DNA of 64,000 nt from Sphagnum compactum. Lineage: Eukaryota. This document shows, in pieces, positions 43,490 to 56,261 of the stretch. The DNA is taken from positions 10,664,001 through 10,728,000 of the forward strand of contig OZ234494.1 in the NCBI GenBank assembly GCA_965153455.1, written 5' to 3'. A program made the position numbers and the translations under genes. The notes under the pieces were generated by a model. That model worked only from the letters and a program-made list of their open reading frames with translations. It ran no database searches and was not told where the DNA came from. Every line of letters begins with the position of its first letter. Positions within the stretch are counted from its first letter, which is position 1.

Positions 43490-46400
43490 TAAACATTAAA
43501 CCCTAAACTATGAACCTTAAAACCATAAACAATTAACCATAAACAATTAACCTTAAATCCCTAAACCCTAAATGTTATAACATAGACCCTATGCCATACA
43601 CCCAAAACCATAGAACTTAAAACCTTAAATTATAAATCGTTAACCCCTAAACTCTAATACCCTACAACCTTAAAACCTCACACTCCAACCCTAAACCATT
43701 ATATGAAAATATTAAACCCTAAACTCTAGCACCAAAACCCTAAACCCTAAACCATTGCACAAAAATGCTAAACCATAAACCATAGCACACTAACCATAAA
43801 CCTTAACACCAAAACCCTAAACATTAGCTCAAAGACCTTAAACCTTAAACCATACGAAAAAGCCCTAAAAAATTACACAAAAATGTTAAACCTTAAACCA
43901 TAGATCAATAATCCTAAACCTTAGCAACAAAACCCTAAACCTTAGCTCAAAAACCTTAAACCATACAAAAAAAACCTTAAATCCTTACAAAAAAATGTTA
44001 ATCTCTAAACCATAGCACAATAACCCTAAACCCTAGCTCAAAGACCTTCAAACCTAAACCATAAAAAAAAGCTTTAAACCATTGCACAAAAATGTTAAAC
44101 CCTAAACGCTAATTCAAAAACCTTAAAAATTAACCGTATAAGAAAAACCTTAAACCATTGCAAAAATTGTGAATCCCTAAACCATAACACAACAACCCTA
44201 AACCTTAGTTCAAAGACCTTCAAACCTAAACCATAAAAAAAAAACCCCTAAACCATTGAATAAAATGTTAAACCCTAAATTTTAAACTTTAGCATTGAAA
44301 CCCTAAACATTAGTTCAAAGACCTTAAACATTAAATCGTATAAGAAAAGCCTTAACCCATTGCACAAAAATGTTATTTCCTAAACCATAGCACAACAACC
44401 CTAAACCCTAGCACCAAAACCCTAAACCCTAGTTCAAAAACCTTCAAACCTAAACCATAAAAAAATCCCTAAACCATTGCACAAAAAAGTTAAACCTTAA
44501 ACCTTAAACCCTAGCATTGAAACCCCAAACACTAATTCAAAGACCATAAACACCAAATCGTATAAGAAGAGTCCTAAACCATTGCAAAAAATTGTTAAAC
44601 CGTAAATCGTAAACTGTAAACCCTAGTAGTAAAACTCTAAACGCTAGCTCAAAAACCTCAAACATTAAACCATAAAAGGAAAGTTTTAAACCATGATTGC
44701 ACAAAAATGGTAATCCTTAAACCATAACACAACAACCCTAAACCCTAACACCAAAACTTTAAACTTAGCTCCAAGACCTTTAAACCTAAACCATTAAAAA
44801 AAAAGCCCAAAACCATTGCAGGTGGTATTCATGATTAAGGTACAAAAAAGGAATGACTTATATTTAAAAGACCACAAAGGACAACTTTGGATTTTTGTTT
44901 ACATTATATAGTTGTAGTGGATAGTTGTATACCAATAGATAAAATGTCTTGTTAAATTAATAATTTTTTTTTTGATGTTATATAAATGTTAATTTGAATC
45001 ATGTAAACTAATTACATCAAATGACTAAACTGCATTTATTTTTAAAAGAATCAAAAGGAATGCATAAAATCATTTACTTGATTTCAAACTTTTATTACAA
45101 CAAAAACATGCCCCCTTCTATGAATATACATGTTCATTATATGAACTTGATGAAAAACCAAATTATACAAAAATTTCAAAATCTTTAAAATTGGAAGGAA
45201 AGGGTTACAAGGAGAAGGACCCTTTTTCTAAACCATTTGACAAAAAAATAATGTTCAATGGGTTCAAAATGTTTAGCTTGCGGTGTAAATCATATGTGCA
45301 AGAAAAAATCTTGCCAAAAAACATGTTTAGTTGTCCATTGAAACTTATTTTTGGAATTTCTGCCTTTTTGGCTATAAACCAAAATATTCATACACAATTA
45401 TGTATGAATGTGAAAACTCACCACCTACACATGAATTATCTTAAATTAGAAAATTCAAATTTTTCACTTAAATTTGTTTTAAGTAAATGTTATTTGCAAA
45501 AAATAGCCCCATAAAAGTCCTTGAATCCTTTTTCTTATTTTTGGAACCCCAACTGTGAATAAGCCTTGCAGAAAAATGCTAAACCTTAAACCCTAGCACC
45601 AAAACCCTGAATGCTAGCTCAAAGAACTTAAACATTAAACCATATAAGAAAAGCCCTAAACCATTGCATAAAATGCTAACCCCTAAACCATAACACAATA
45701 ACCATAAACCCTAACACCAAAACTTTAAATGATAGTTCAAAGACCTTAAACACTAAACCGTATAAGAAAAGTCGTAAGCCATTGCACAAAAATGTTAATC
45801 TTTAAACCATAACACAACAACCCTAAACCCTAAACCCTAGTTCAAAGACTTTCAAACCTAAACCAATGAAAAAAAAGCCTTAAACCATTGCATAAAAATG
45901 CTAAGCCCTAAACCCTAAACCTTAGCACCAAATCCCTAAACATAAGTTCAAAGATTTTAAACATTAAACCATATAAGAAACCATACACAAAAATGTTAGT
46001 TCTTAAACTATAACACAACAACCTTAAACCTTAGCACCAAAACCCTAAACCTTAGCTCAAAGACCTTCAAACCTAAACCATAATAAAAAACCCTAAACCA
46101 TTGCACAAAAATGTTAAACCTGAAACCTTAGCAGCAAAACCTTAAACACTAGTTTAAAGACCTTCAACATTAAACCATATAAGGAAAGCCTTAAACCATG
46201 ATTGCATACAAATGTTAATCCATAAACCATAACACAATAACCCTAAACCCTAGCTCAAAGACCTTCAAACCTAAACTAAACCATTGCACAAAAATGTTAA
46301 ACCCTAAATCCTAACACCAAAACCCTAAACGTTAACTTAAAGAACTTAAACATTAAATTGCATAAGAAAAGCCCTAAACCATTATAGAAAAGTGTTAATT

Positions 46401-46950
46401 CTTAAACCATAACACAACAACTATAAACCCTAGCACCAAAACCTTAAATGCTAGCTCAAAGACCTTAAACACTAAACCGTAATGATAATGTTTAAACCAT
46501 AACACAACAACCCTAAACCACTAAAACTCTAAACCCTAGTTTAAAAACCTTCAAACCTAAACCATAGAAAAAAAAACCCTTAAACCATTGCACAAAAATG
46601 TTAAACCCAAAACCCTAAACCCTAGCATCAAAACCCTAAACCTTAACTTAAAGACCCTCAAACTTAAACCATACAAAGAAAAGCCCCAAATCATTACACA
46701 AAAATGCTAAACCCTAAACCATAGCATAAGAACTTTAAACCTTAGCACTAAGACCCTAAACTAAAACTTTAAACTAGGATTCAAAAACACTAAAACTTAA
46801 ACCATATAAGAAAAGCCCTAAGCCATTGCACAAAAATGTTAAACCCTAAAACATAGCACAATAACCATAAACTTTAACACCAAAATTTTAAACCACAATT
46901 CAAAGACCTTCAAACTTAAACTATATAAGAAAAGTCGTAAACCATTGCAG
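43490..46950 (-). repeat. Degenerate CCCTAAA-derived array with ~70-90 bp higher-order units
   Basis: Recurring unit aaaccattgcacaaaaatgttaaaccctaaacc...tagctcaaagacct...aaaccataagaaaagccct; interrupted at 44821-45566. Confidence 0.9.
44821..45566. mobile_element. ~745 bp non-autonomous TIR transposon (family 2, copy 2), inserted in the CCCTAAA-like array
   Basis: Interrupts the array unit aaaccattgca|caaaaatg; (T)TGCA duplicated on both sides; matches 36474-37233. Confidence 0.8.
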
Positions 46951-47249
46951 AGTGTAATTACACATGCATAATTTCTATTTGTCTATCAAATTCTTGATAT
47001 ATTCGTACAATATGGTACAAAATGTAAAATAGTTAACATTCTAAGCGTTTAGGGTTTATATAAAGTATAATACAATGATCATACCATCTTAAATATTCTA
47101 ATTTGAAGTGAAATAAGCATAATGAATGAATAATATTGATATTTAGTTTAACATTTATTAATCCTAGGCTACATAAAAAATAACTTGAAAATATTCCATT
47201 ATTTGTATTTGTATATTATTATTATTACTATTTATATATGGCAGCCACC

Positions 47250-49445
47250 AAGTGTTTTCTCACAATTGAACCCAAGTAATTGCAAAAATTTCAAGTATTA
47301 GGAAAAAAATTCCTTTGCCATAATGTGGAAAAAATGTTTTATTCCATGCGATTTGTTTCCTCATGGGTCATCTCAATGAATTAGAGAAGAAGCCGCCTTT
47401 GTTCGATAAAATTGAATTGGCAAATCAAGTTATTGGGAGTATTTTTTCTTGTCAATCTACATACTAACACCTTGAAACAAAAATAAAAATACAAGGTGTT
47501 GAAATGGAAATGATGTCACAAAATTTGAATGTTCCATTTTGGACTTGAGCAAGGATAGTAAGGTTCAGGTTGGAATCAAAAAATGCAAAGATCCTTTAGT
47601 GGTTTCGATGAATGGTGTTAATGGAATTGAAAATTATTTAGTTATAATGATCAAATCTATGTTTGAGCCCTTTGAGCAACAAAGACTCTTTGCCTTATTC
47701 TAACTACAAGATATTGCAGGTCATTAGTTGGAAATGATTATTTTTGGCTTGCAAGGGATGTTTTGGTGATGGAGGACGCACTCTGTTTCTGCCACAAGAA
47801 GATATTTTCTAGGAGGGTTTTAACAGCCTACAAGATAGGTAAATGTCTTGTAGGGATGAACCTTTCTCCACAACTTTATGTTTTGAGAATTTCAATAGTA
47901 ATGAGGAAATCGACAATAAAATGTATGAACCTATTGATGACGAGTTCGATGAATACAAAAATTATAGCTCTAATGATGGTGAGGAAGGAAGAATGGAGAG
48001 ATCTTCCTTTGATTCCTTGGGTGAAGGAAGGAATGAAAAACAAAATGAAGAGAAAAACAAGGAACGAAGTGATGGTGAGGAAATGAAAGAAGGGATTCAC
48101 ACATTCTAGCAAAAGGTAAGTGTTTTTGGCAAGGTGTTGACTATGACCTTGTTGATTCAGATGTTGGGGTCTTTGTTGCAAGTGAACATGTGATAGCATG
48201 TGACCCATGGGAAATAGTTCTTGACGATCAACTTCGGATTGAACATTTTGCATTGCCCAAGTAATGTTGTAGTGGTAATGACAATTTGGAAATGGTCATT
48301 GTTTCAATCCATTTTGGATGGCTTTTCCTTGAGGCAATTTCTCACACCATACAATGAAAACCACATATTAGTTGTTGATGAAGAGGGAGAAATTGGTGTT
48401 AGGACAAAACAATATATGTTCAGAAGAGGAAATAAAGGGTATGTCATTTTGAAGCATTAGTTTCAAGGATAGAAAAGCTCTTATCCAATGAGTATATTCA
48501 AAATGTTAGTGTTGTATTATATTTACCCATGGAATTACTATTAATATTTTCCTCGTGAAAAGACGTTGATGTTGAGAAAAGATTTTTGGGGACCATCCTT
48601 TGAAGACTATAGAGTGTATTGTCTAAAATTTCTTCAAAGGTTGGATATGAAAAGGAACATGAAACAACAAAAAATTATCACAATTCAAGAAATAGATATA
48701 TGTGAAACTGCATGGTATAAAATCATTGGCTTGTTGAGATTGAAATATATGTTATACAAGGTAGATTACAAACGAGGTTCTAAATTTGCCCCATGGAAAC
48801 AAAGGTTTACATAAACTATGAACTCCAACAAAACAAGCAAAGTCAAATGTTCAAGGCTTGATTGACTTATGTGTTAACACAATCCGCATCAAATGAAGGA
48901 ATCGGAAATGGTAGACAAGATGTCCAACATTTATTGGTTGATATTTGGAAAAGTCTTCAAGAATGAAGTGATGAAATAAGATACAGAGTATATATTCGTA
49001 ATATGTGAATATTGTGATTTAATTTTTTGTTCAAAATTAATGTAGGTATGTTGGTTTACTAGTTTAGTCATTAGTGTGAAGTATTCTCATGTGTTATTTA
49101 GTATGAGGTTTATTGTTTTGATTTTTTTCATTACATTTTCGCATATACGCGAATTAAACATTGAAGGTATTTCTCAATCTGCAATGAATAGATTGAGGAA
49201 TAAACATCATTTTAATGTAGATGTACCAAAGAGAGGGTTGGTGTTTGTAGAATGTGTTATGTGTGAATCCTTCAAGGAGTTAATATTGAAGTTGGGAAAA
49301 AATAATAGTGATGCAAAAGAATATGAATTGAAGTTGAAAAAAATACATTTTGCATCAAGAATCATGCAAAAGCTTTTACCATACTTAGAGGTAAAATTCA
49401 GTGCGTTCTAAGGATTAGTTTTTATGTGTTATCCATGACAAATAT
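47250..49445 (+). pseudogene. Decayed DNA-transposon ORF(s), DDE-transposase-like remnant (superfamily uncertain)
   Basis: Broken frames: FPREKTLMLRKDFW.., ITIQEIDICETAWYKIIG.., ISQSAMNRLRNKHH..VECVMCESFK..EYELKLKK (CxxC), then ..FLCVIHDK at ~49420-49443 where similarity stops; acidic linker at 47843-48109. Confidence 0.5.
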
Positions 49446-49826
49446 TTGTTATAACTTTCTTGCTGTTCTTTGATAATTTCCAGCAAATCTTGCTGAACTT
49501 GTATTCAAAATGTCAGGGATTTCCATCTCAAAATCACCTTCCCTTCTTTTTTGGTGACACTATGTATCTTTGTGGAAATGCTCACTAGTTAGGCTGCATA
49601 AAAAAAACTGAAGCCTAGCATCTCTCTTTGGTTTCATTGCAGTAAAAATAAAATCCTTTTTGCATGTCAGAAATTGGAGTATTTGAACTATATTCACAAG
49701 AGAAAGGCAAGGATAAGAAAGAATCAAGTGTCACCTTCTATCAGGAAGCATATCAAGTAAAGAAAGGGGAGGTAAACCTGACAAAACTCCAAGCCTAGAA
49801 GAACCCTCCCCTGCAGTCACAGCCCG

Positions 49827-49944
49827 CCTCGAGATGGAGGCAGACTTCGCTCTACCCAAGAATCTGCCACCCAGCATGCCCCACCTCGAGATGGAGGCAG
49901 CCTTCGCTCTAGCCAAGAGTCCACCACCCGGCACGCCCCACCTC
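49827..49944 (+). repeat. 2 x 57 bp diverged tandem repeat in copy B (one unit in copy A at ~17082)
   Basis: cctcgagatggaggcag..cttcgctcta..caaga..ccaccc..gca.gcccca at 49827 and 49884. Confidence 0.9.
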
Positions 49945-52451
49945 CACCCCACGTTTTGCCCCCACCGGCCTCAAGGGGAATGAACCCAGTCGGAGACCTT
50001 ACAGAGAACCGGGATGAAAAGGCGACAAGCGCTGGTCAGCCTCGTCCGCTTCACGAACGGGTTTGTAGCAGCTGAGCAGATTCAGCCCTGCATGGTTTTG
50101 CAAAAAACCACGCAGCATGGTTCTACATGGTTTTTTAATTCTGCAAAAGAACTTAGCAATGCCCTTTTAATTTAAGAACTATTTTAAGAACTCTGAATCT
50201 TCCAGGTCAGAACATGCTACTGAGCACTGGCATAGATTCTGACACCGGAAAATGAGTGCTTCCTTTTCTATTTCATTAACTTCTACAGCCAAAAAGTCAA
50301 ACCCTGCGCCAGAACAGAACCACACGGTTCTCCGCCGGGGTGCCCGGTGCACTGGAAAGGACTCCGGATACTACTCGATGGGCCGCAGGTATTTAGCGGT
50401 TGACTTATAAGTACTGATTCTTATCATGGGCCCGGTACAAGGGAATAAAAAGTTGCCGTATGTCCTGTTCACTTGTCCTGGGGCCCCTACAAAGGCATAA
50501 AAAAGTTGCCGTATGTCCTCTACACTTGTATGGGCCTACGGCTAGAAGCTACAAACAGCATGGAATTCCACTGCTATTTTGGTTTTCATTTAATTGAAAA
50601 CGGGTGTTAATTAATTACAATCCCTTTGAATCCATAAAGGATGCAATCTTTTTAGAGTCGACTTTTGGAGCTGCTTCAAGAGAGATGAGGCGTACAGTAA
50701 ACTTACATAAGGGCTTTTCTATTGCGGAGATAGAGTGATCACTTCAACGAATCCTTTTAAAAATGTGGATGTGGTGTTATAGTATCAAAAATTGTTAATT
50801 GCACGTGTGGGTATGTGCATAATCATCAGTGTTAACCATCATCATATACTTTAAGACTTAGGTCAATAAGAGTTTCATAACAATCAATATAGGAGGATTA
50901 CCTCATAGATTTTACACATTGGAATCTTTAAAATATCATAGGATTTTATGTTGAACGAATTCATTCAAGCTTAAGAGGCGGTTGATTTGCAAATGGAGAT
51001 GAGTTGTTAATCTAATTTATGGCTTATTAACATACTAAACAAAAATGGGGATCAATTAGGTTGACTTATAGGTTTCAAATGTGTTTAAATTATAAGGTGA
51101 AGATGTCAAATAATATAAAGCCTCATTCATCACATGGATGGACATTTTGGAAAAGTACTTGCCAACATAATCTGATGGAATTATAACTAATATCTTGATA
51201 AGAAATGACGAGTAATAAAATTAAAATGTGCATTAGACATATATGAACAATAGAACTAATCATCCATTTTCTTCAAGTATTAAAAGAGGTTATGCTAGCA
51301 CTGATTTTTCATTTGTTCATCAAGACTTGGGTGAAAGCATGGTAAGTAGAACAAGAAAATGCCATTGCAAAATTCAGTTTAAAAATGAAATAATTCTTTA
51401 TATAAATATGAGACAATATGTATTCAAAAAAATTAATATTTTTATTATGAAACCATTGCCCACCTAATTTGTGTAATATGGTGGACATTTTTTAAAAAAA
51501 TGAAAGATGTTTAAAAAATTAGTACAATGTTTAAAAATAAAAATCTTCAATGTATTGAAATGTGGGATTTACATGGATCATCAACTACAACATTTTTGTT
51601 GGAAAACAACTTGCCTTATAATACTTTTTTGAAATAAGAATAAGGGTGATCATTATGTGTTAAAATTTGACATTACTTGAGACAAAGAAAGTATTGTTTG
51701 GGGGCTATTATTTACCATAAATTTAATTAAAATCTTCACCTTATTATAATATTCAATCCTCCCTATGCTTAGTTTATATTTTATTATCATTAAAAATTTG
51801 AATATATATACATAAATTGAAGCAATGAGGAATATGAAGGATTCACAATTTGTTGACATCTTTGTATATATCAAACAAACAACCATTGAGAAAAAAGACA
51901 ATCTATAAAGACAAACTAGTTGTTAAGTTGAGGAGGAATCCTAAGCAACATTAACTAATTCATCTTGGAAACTTCCATGTCTCTTTCGTGATACTATTGC
52001 CCCCCCCTGCCCCCTCTCCCTTCAACAAAAATCAAAATCAAAGGCATTGAATAAAAAATTTCCTAATTATTAATACATGATTAAATACATTCGAAACATA
52101 AGGTATTCATAAACCTTTTAATACATATTAAATGCATGTTTTGATTTTGAAAATATGCATGATGCCATTATAGAAACAATGGAATAGTTATAAAATTTAA
52201 GCAATAACTAGCCCCTTGCCGCTCCAAATGCAGAAAAGTTTTTTTAGTTTGGCTAAAACTTAATTATCATTTTTTGAATGTCTTTTTTAACATTGAAATT
52301 ATGTTCTAGATAGAAATTATTATGAAAGAAAACATGGATCATGAATTTTTTGTACAAAGATATTGGAACTTGGCACTAAATATGTGATTTAAAACTAGGA
52401 GTTCACATAAATCAAGACAAAGTTGAGATGTAAGAGAAATTTTCAATAACC

Positions 52452-52545
52452 TGATATCTAGCAATTGAAATTCTAAGTTGTTTGATATCTAGCAATTGAA
52501 ATTCTAAGTTGTTTGATATCTAGCAATTGAAATTCTAAGTTGTTT
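52452..52545 (+). repeat. 3 x 31 bp tandem repeat specific to copy B
   Basis: tgatatctagcaattgaaattctaagttgtt at 52452, 52483 and 52514; single copy at ~19644 in copy A. Confidence 0.95.
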
Positions 52546-53980
52546 CATGTGAGGAACCAAAAATCATTTTGAGAAGGACAATTATTGAACTATTCATCAA
52601 TTGTGATGATAGTCAAAAATTGTGGCAAACAACTTTAAGAAACCAAGAGATGTGGCTTCCTCAAGATTTTGATGAAAAATCAAGAAGACATTTTATGCAT
52701 GAAGTTTTTTTTTCTGAACTCTTTTGCAGTGATATAGGCTAGCTACATGAATCAAATAGCAATTAACTCAAAATTAACCTTGTTTAATTTGAATGTTGGA
52801 TATAATATAACAGGTATACATTCAAACTTTGGAAATGTATTGAAAAGAAAATCAGATTTAAATATGTTTTAATCATTCCATTGCACATATAGAATTTCCC
52901 AATATTGATGAAAGAAAAAAACAAAAATTTCCTGAACTCAAGAAGGTATTATTGTTTCAAGACATCAAAGAGAATCAAAAATATCAAAATGCTTATATTT
53001 AAAAAAAGTGTCAAGTAAGCAAGAAATTAATTAGATGAAGATTCCTTTTGAAATGATGAACCAGATTTATTGGAATCTAGATAAATTAAACAGTAAATAT
53101 TTCACATGATAATATAATTGAACTATAAAATATACGAGCCATGGCATCATTTTTAATCAAAAGATTTGGCACATATTAATTTGGATATTGGCAAGGAATA
53201 AAAGTGGTGGAAGAAATTGTTTTACCATGTTATGATGTAAGCATCTGTAAATGCATGGCCTCGTTGAGATCCAATTTGAGGTTTGAATGGCAAATATACC
53301 ATCCTAGTTGATATTGAGTTCAACTAATTTAATTCGATTTTTAATTTTAAATTCTTCTTGTTTTGCACCAAAAAAAAAGAAAAAGAAAAAAAAGTATGCA
53401 AAGTCATTCCTTGTAATTTTCCAAAATATTAGTAGGTAAAAAAGGTCATTTTATCCAACAAATAGTAATTTAAATTGTTTAAATACAACATCTTAAAATG
53501 ATGAATAATATTTTTTGAACCCTTATATTATATTAAATGCTAAACTTCGTGGCCTTGTATTGTTGCCCCGGATGAAAAAATGATACCATCAAATTTGGGA
53601 AGTTGATGTGCAACCCTTGGGGCCAAACATTAACCCAAAACTGATCAAAGTGGGTCCCAAGTTTTTCGGCTCTGACTCTTAGTGTAAGGTGGGGCTAAGT
53701 CATTTTTCCAAGAATTAGTGATTTCAGGTGTAATCTTATAGCACTTTGTTCCGAGAGCATCTCCACCCCCAAATCCACGAACACCCCTTTTCATTAAATC
53801 TTGCAGGAGGATAGTGCAAATCTTACTGCTTCTTTGGTTTTAATGGTCCATTTTGCAGTAGTCATTTTAACCCCTTTAAAAACTTTTTTTACTATGAATT
53901 TGGACCTTGACTATTACTCTCATCCAGATGTAAAGAGACATAAATGGTTTTTGAATGTTCAAAGGGACTTTTATGACATT

Positions 53981-54534
53981 TGTGACGTGAATGTAACTTG
54001 ATGTAATTACACAATTACTTAGGTAATTGTTTAAAGGGGTAAGTTGAGTGGTAGGATTCTATAATTTGGTCATGGTACATATCAATTTATGTGCAAGTCA
54101 TGTGCACCATGTGATTATGTTTCCTTGTGATTAATTGTGGAATCACATGGGGGGACCATGTGATTATGTTTCCTTGTGATTAATTGTGAAATCGCATGGG
54201 GAACCATGTGGTGGATAAACTTTAAGAAGTTTTTTGAGTAGTTTTCTTTTGGTTGGGATATAAGTGCGTGTTTATGACCTTGAGAAACACCTTCACTTGT
54301 ACAAAGTTATTATATGAATGCAAAGTTTGTTAAAATTTAAGTTTTGATTTTTTGAAAAGACTTTTGGTTTTGAATGGTTTTGGAGTTGTTTGTGTTTAGA
54401 TCATGGTAAGAGAATGGTGAAACTTGCATAGACAATTGAAAAGTGAGAGAATAATTTTACAACCAAAAACATAGATTTCATAACTATGTAGTAATCAAAC
54501 ATAGTTTCAGTTCCAAACTTGTTTGTGTTGTACA
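53981..54534. mobile_element. ~550 bp insertion present only in copy B upstream region; TG...CA ends; internal 49 bp tandem
   Basis: Absent at the matching site ~21958-21965 in copy A; internal repeat accatgtgattatgtttccttgtgattaattgtg at 54106 and 54155. Confidence 0.55.
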
Positions 54535-56261
54535 TGGACAGTGATCATTAAACGGTATTCTATTCTAAAATAAAAAAATTGTTTACTATTTTGCGGGTGG
54601 AGATGCTCTGAGAACGCAGTTTCTACATTTGAAACTTTGCACACACCCCCTCAAAATACTAAATAAAAAGATTGCACCCCCAGAATAAAATTATAGTTTG
54701 GCTCTCTCCTTTTGGCCCTACATAAGGTTAGAAAAGTTCAACTTTGGGCAAAGGTTATGGGACATGGTGTGTGGCTACAAGGATCATCTTTGGGAACACA
54801 TTGAGAACTTGGGGGGAATGTTAAGGATGCATTCAGAACCTGGTGGGTACACATCAAAAACTTCATGGTACTCAAGGTACTGGAACTTTTGTATTTTTTA
54901 GCAAGATATTACAATTGTTTATTGGACCGTTTCCAGCACTAAGAAGTTGTTCCATATAAAGGTGAACAGGATTAGACTCATAACTATGTTCCCAAATTTC
55001 TGCCCCTGCCATTAGTCCAGGCCAAAAAATGGTGACAAACAGTTTTGAAAATAGAAATTCTGTGCAATCAATGGGAAGGCTTAACATGCACTCATGATGG
55101 ACCCTGTTTTTTCCTTTTGGGGGTGGGGTGGGTGGAATTATTTTATGTGTCTTTCCCTTTTCTTTCCTCAAGATGTTCCCAATAGCACCTGGGTTTTATC
55201 CCATAAGGTTTGCCCAAAGTTCAACTGCCCTGTATATAGACTAAAAAGGTGAATTTCAAGGGTGGACATTTGTTTCTAATTTACAACTGGGGTCCAAAGA
55301 GGTGCTTCTATTGGGGGCATGCCCCATGTTCCAAAAACGTTCGCTGATGGGCCAATGAATATGGCTCCTCTAAAATTAAAAAATTAAAGTTGTGAGCGCA
55401 AACATGATCCAATTAATACGAATCACACTACACTATATTAATTAATAGACTAATCATGTCAACAGATAATTGGGAGATAAGTAGCGGTAGCAGAAATGCC
55501 CATTCAAAAATAGTATCATTGGTTAGATCTGATCTTATTGTCTAATGAGGTCCATGAAGACTCATCTAGAGACTAGTGCACGTGCATGTTAATTTGTAGG
55601 TGGCATATGAACTGTTCGAACTCAAAGGAGTCAGTCCCAGGCTTGTTTTTTTCAACTCTGCAGTGTAGCAAGGGTGGCGAGAATCCTAAGTCAAAATGCG
55701 ACATAAATGGCGACGGTTTAATGATTTGGCCATTAAAACTGTCGCCCACAGGCAGCCCTGTGGCGACACTCTCTCCAAACAACTTTCATACTGTCTCAAT
55801 TTTCGCGATTTGTTTTTGTAAAAAACAGACCGTTTTCGCCAGATTTTGGAGGCAGAGTCGCCTTTTGGCGATTTTTCGCAAAAAAACAAACAAATCACTG
55901 CAAAGGATCTTTCACGTTTGCAACCATACGTTACTTTAGGAATAATACGGCCTTTTCTACTGCGACACAGCTGCCTGCAACTACGGCTTTGCCGATTCCA
56001 TCGGTTGGATGTGCAACTAGGCATCCAGATTTACCGATACTTGAAGGCGGTAGCGCACAGAAACGAACGCCCTGGTTGCTACTATACAGATTGCGTCTGA
56101 GAGGTGCGCTGCTTCTTCATGAGGGGATACAAGCTAAGCTCACAGTAAAGCTCTTTTTGTATGCATGGTTTGCTTGAGTGGGTACTACATTGACAGGTGA
56201 AGCGTGCAGTGACAAGGTTAAGATCATCTGTTATTTGTGCTCTGCATCAGTGGAAAAACAA

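Noticed and set aside
45191-45514. 107 aa ORF
   Set aside because: Lies inside the family-2 MITE and is not open in the sister copy at ~36860-37190.
41100-46950. True chromosome end
   Set aside because: The repeats are highly degenerate, internal, and flanked by genes on both sides.
49731-49952. 73 aa minus-strand ORF with a 19 aa repeat
   Set aside because: By-product of the 57 bp tandem repeat; no ATG start and no other coding evidence.
52452-52545. 31 bp repeats resembling a CRISPR array
   Set aside because: No spacers, eukaryotic context; a simple tandem triplication.
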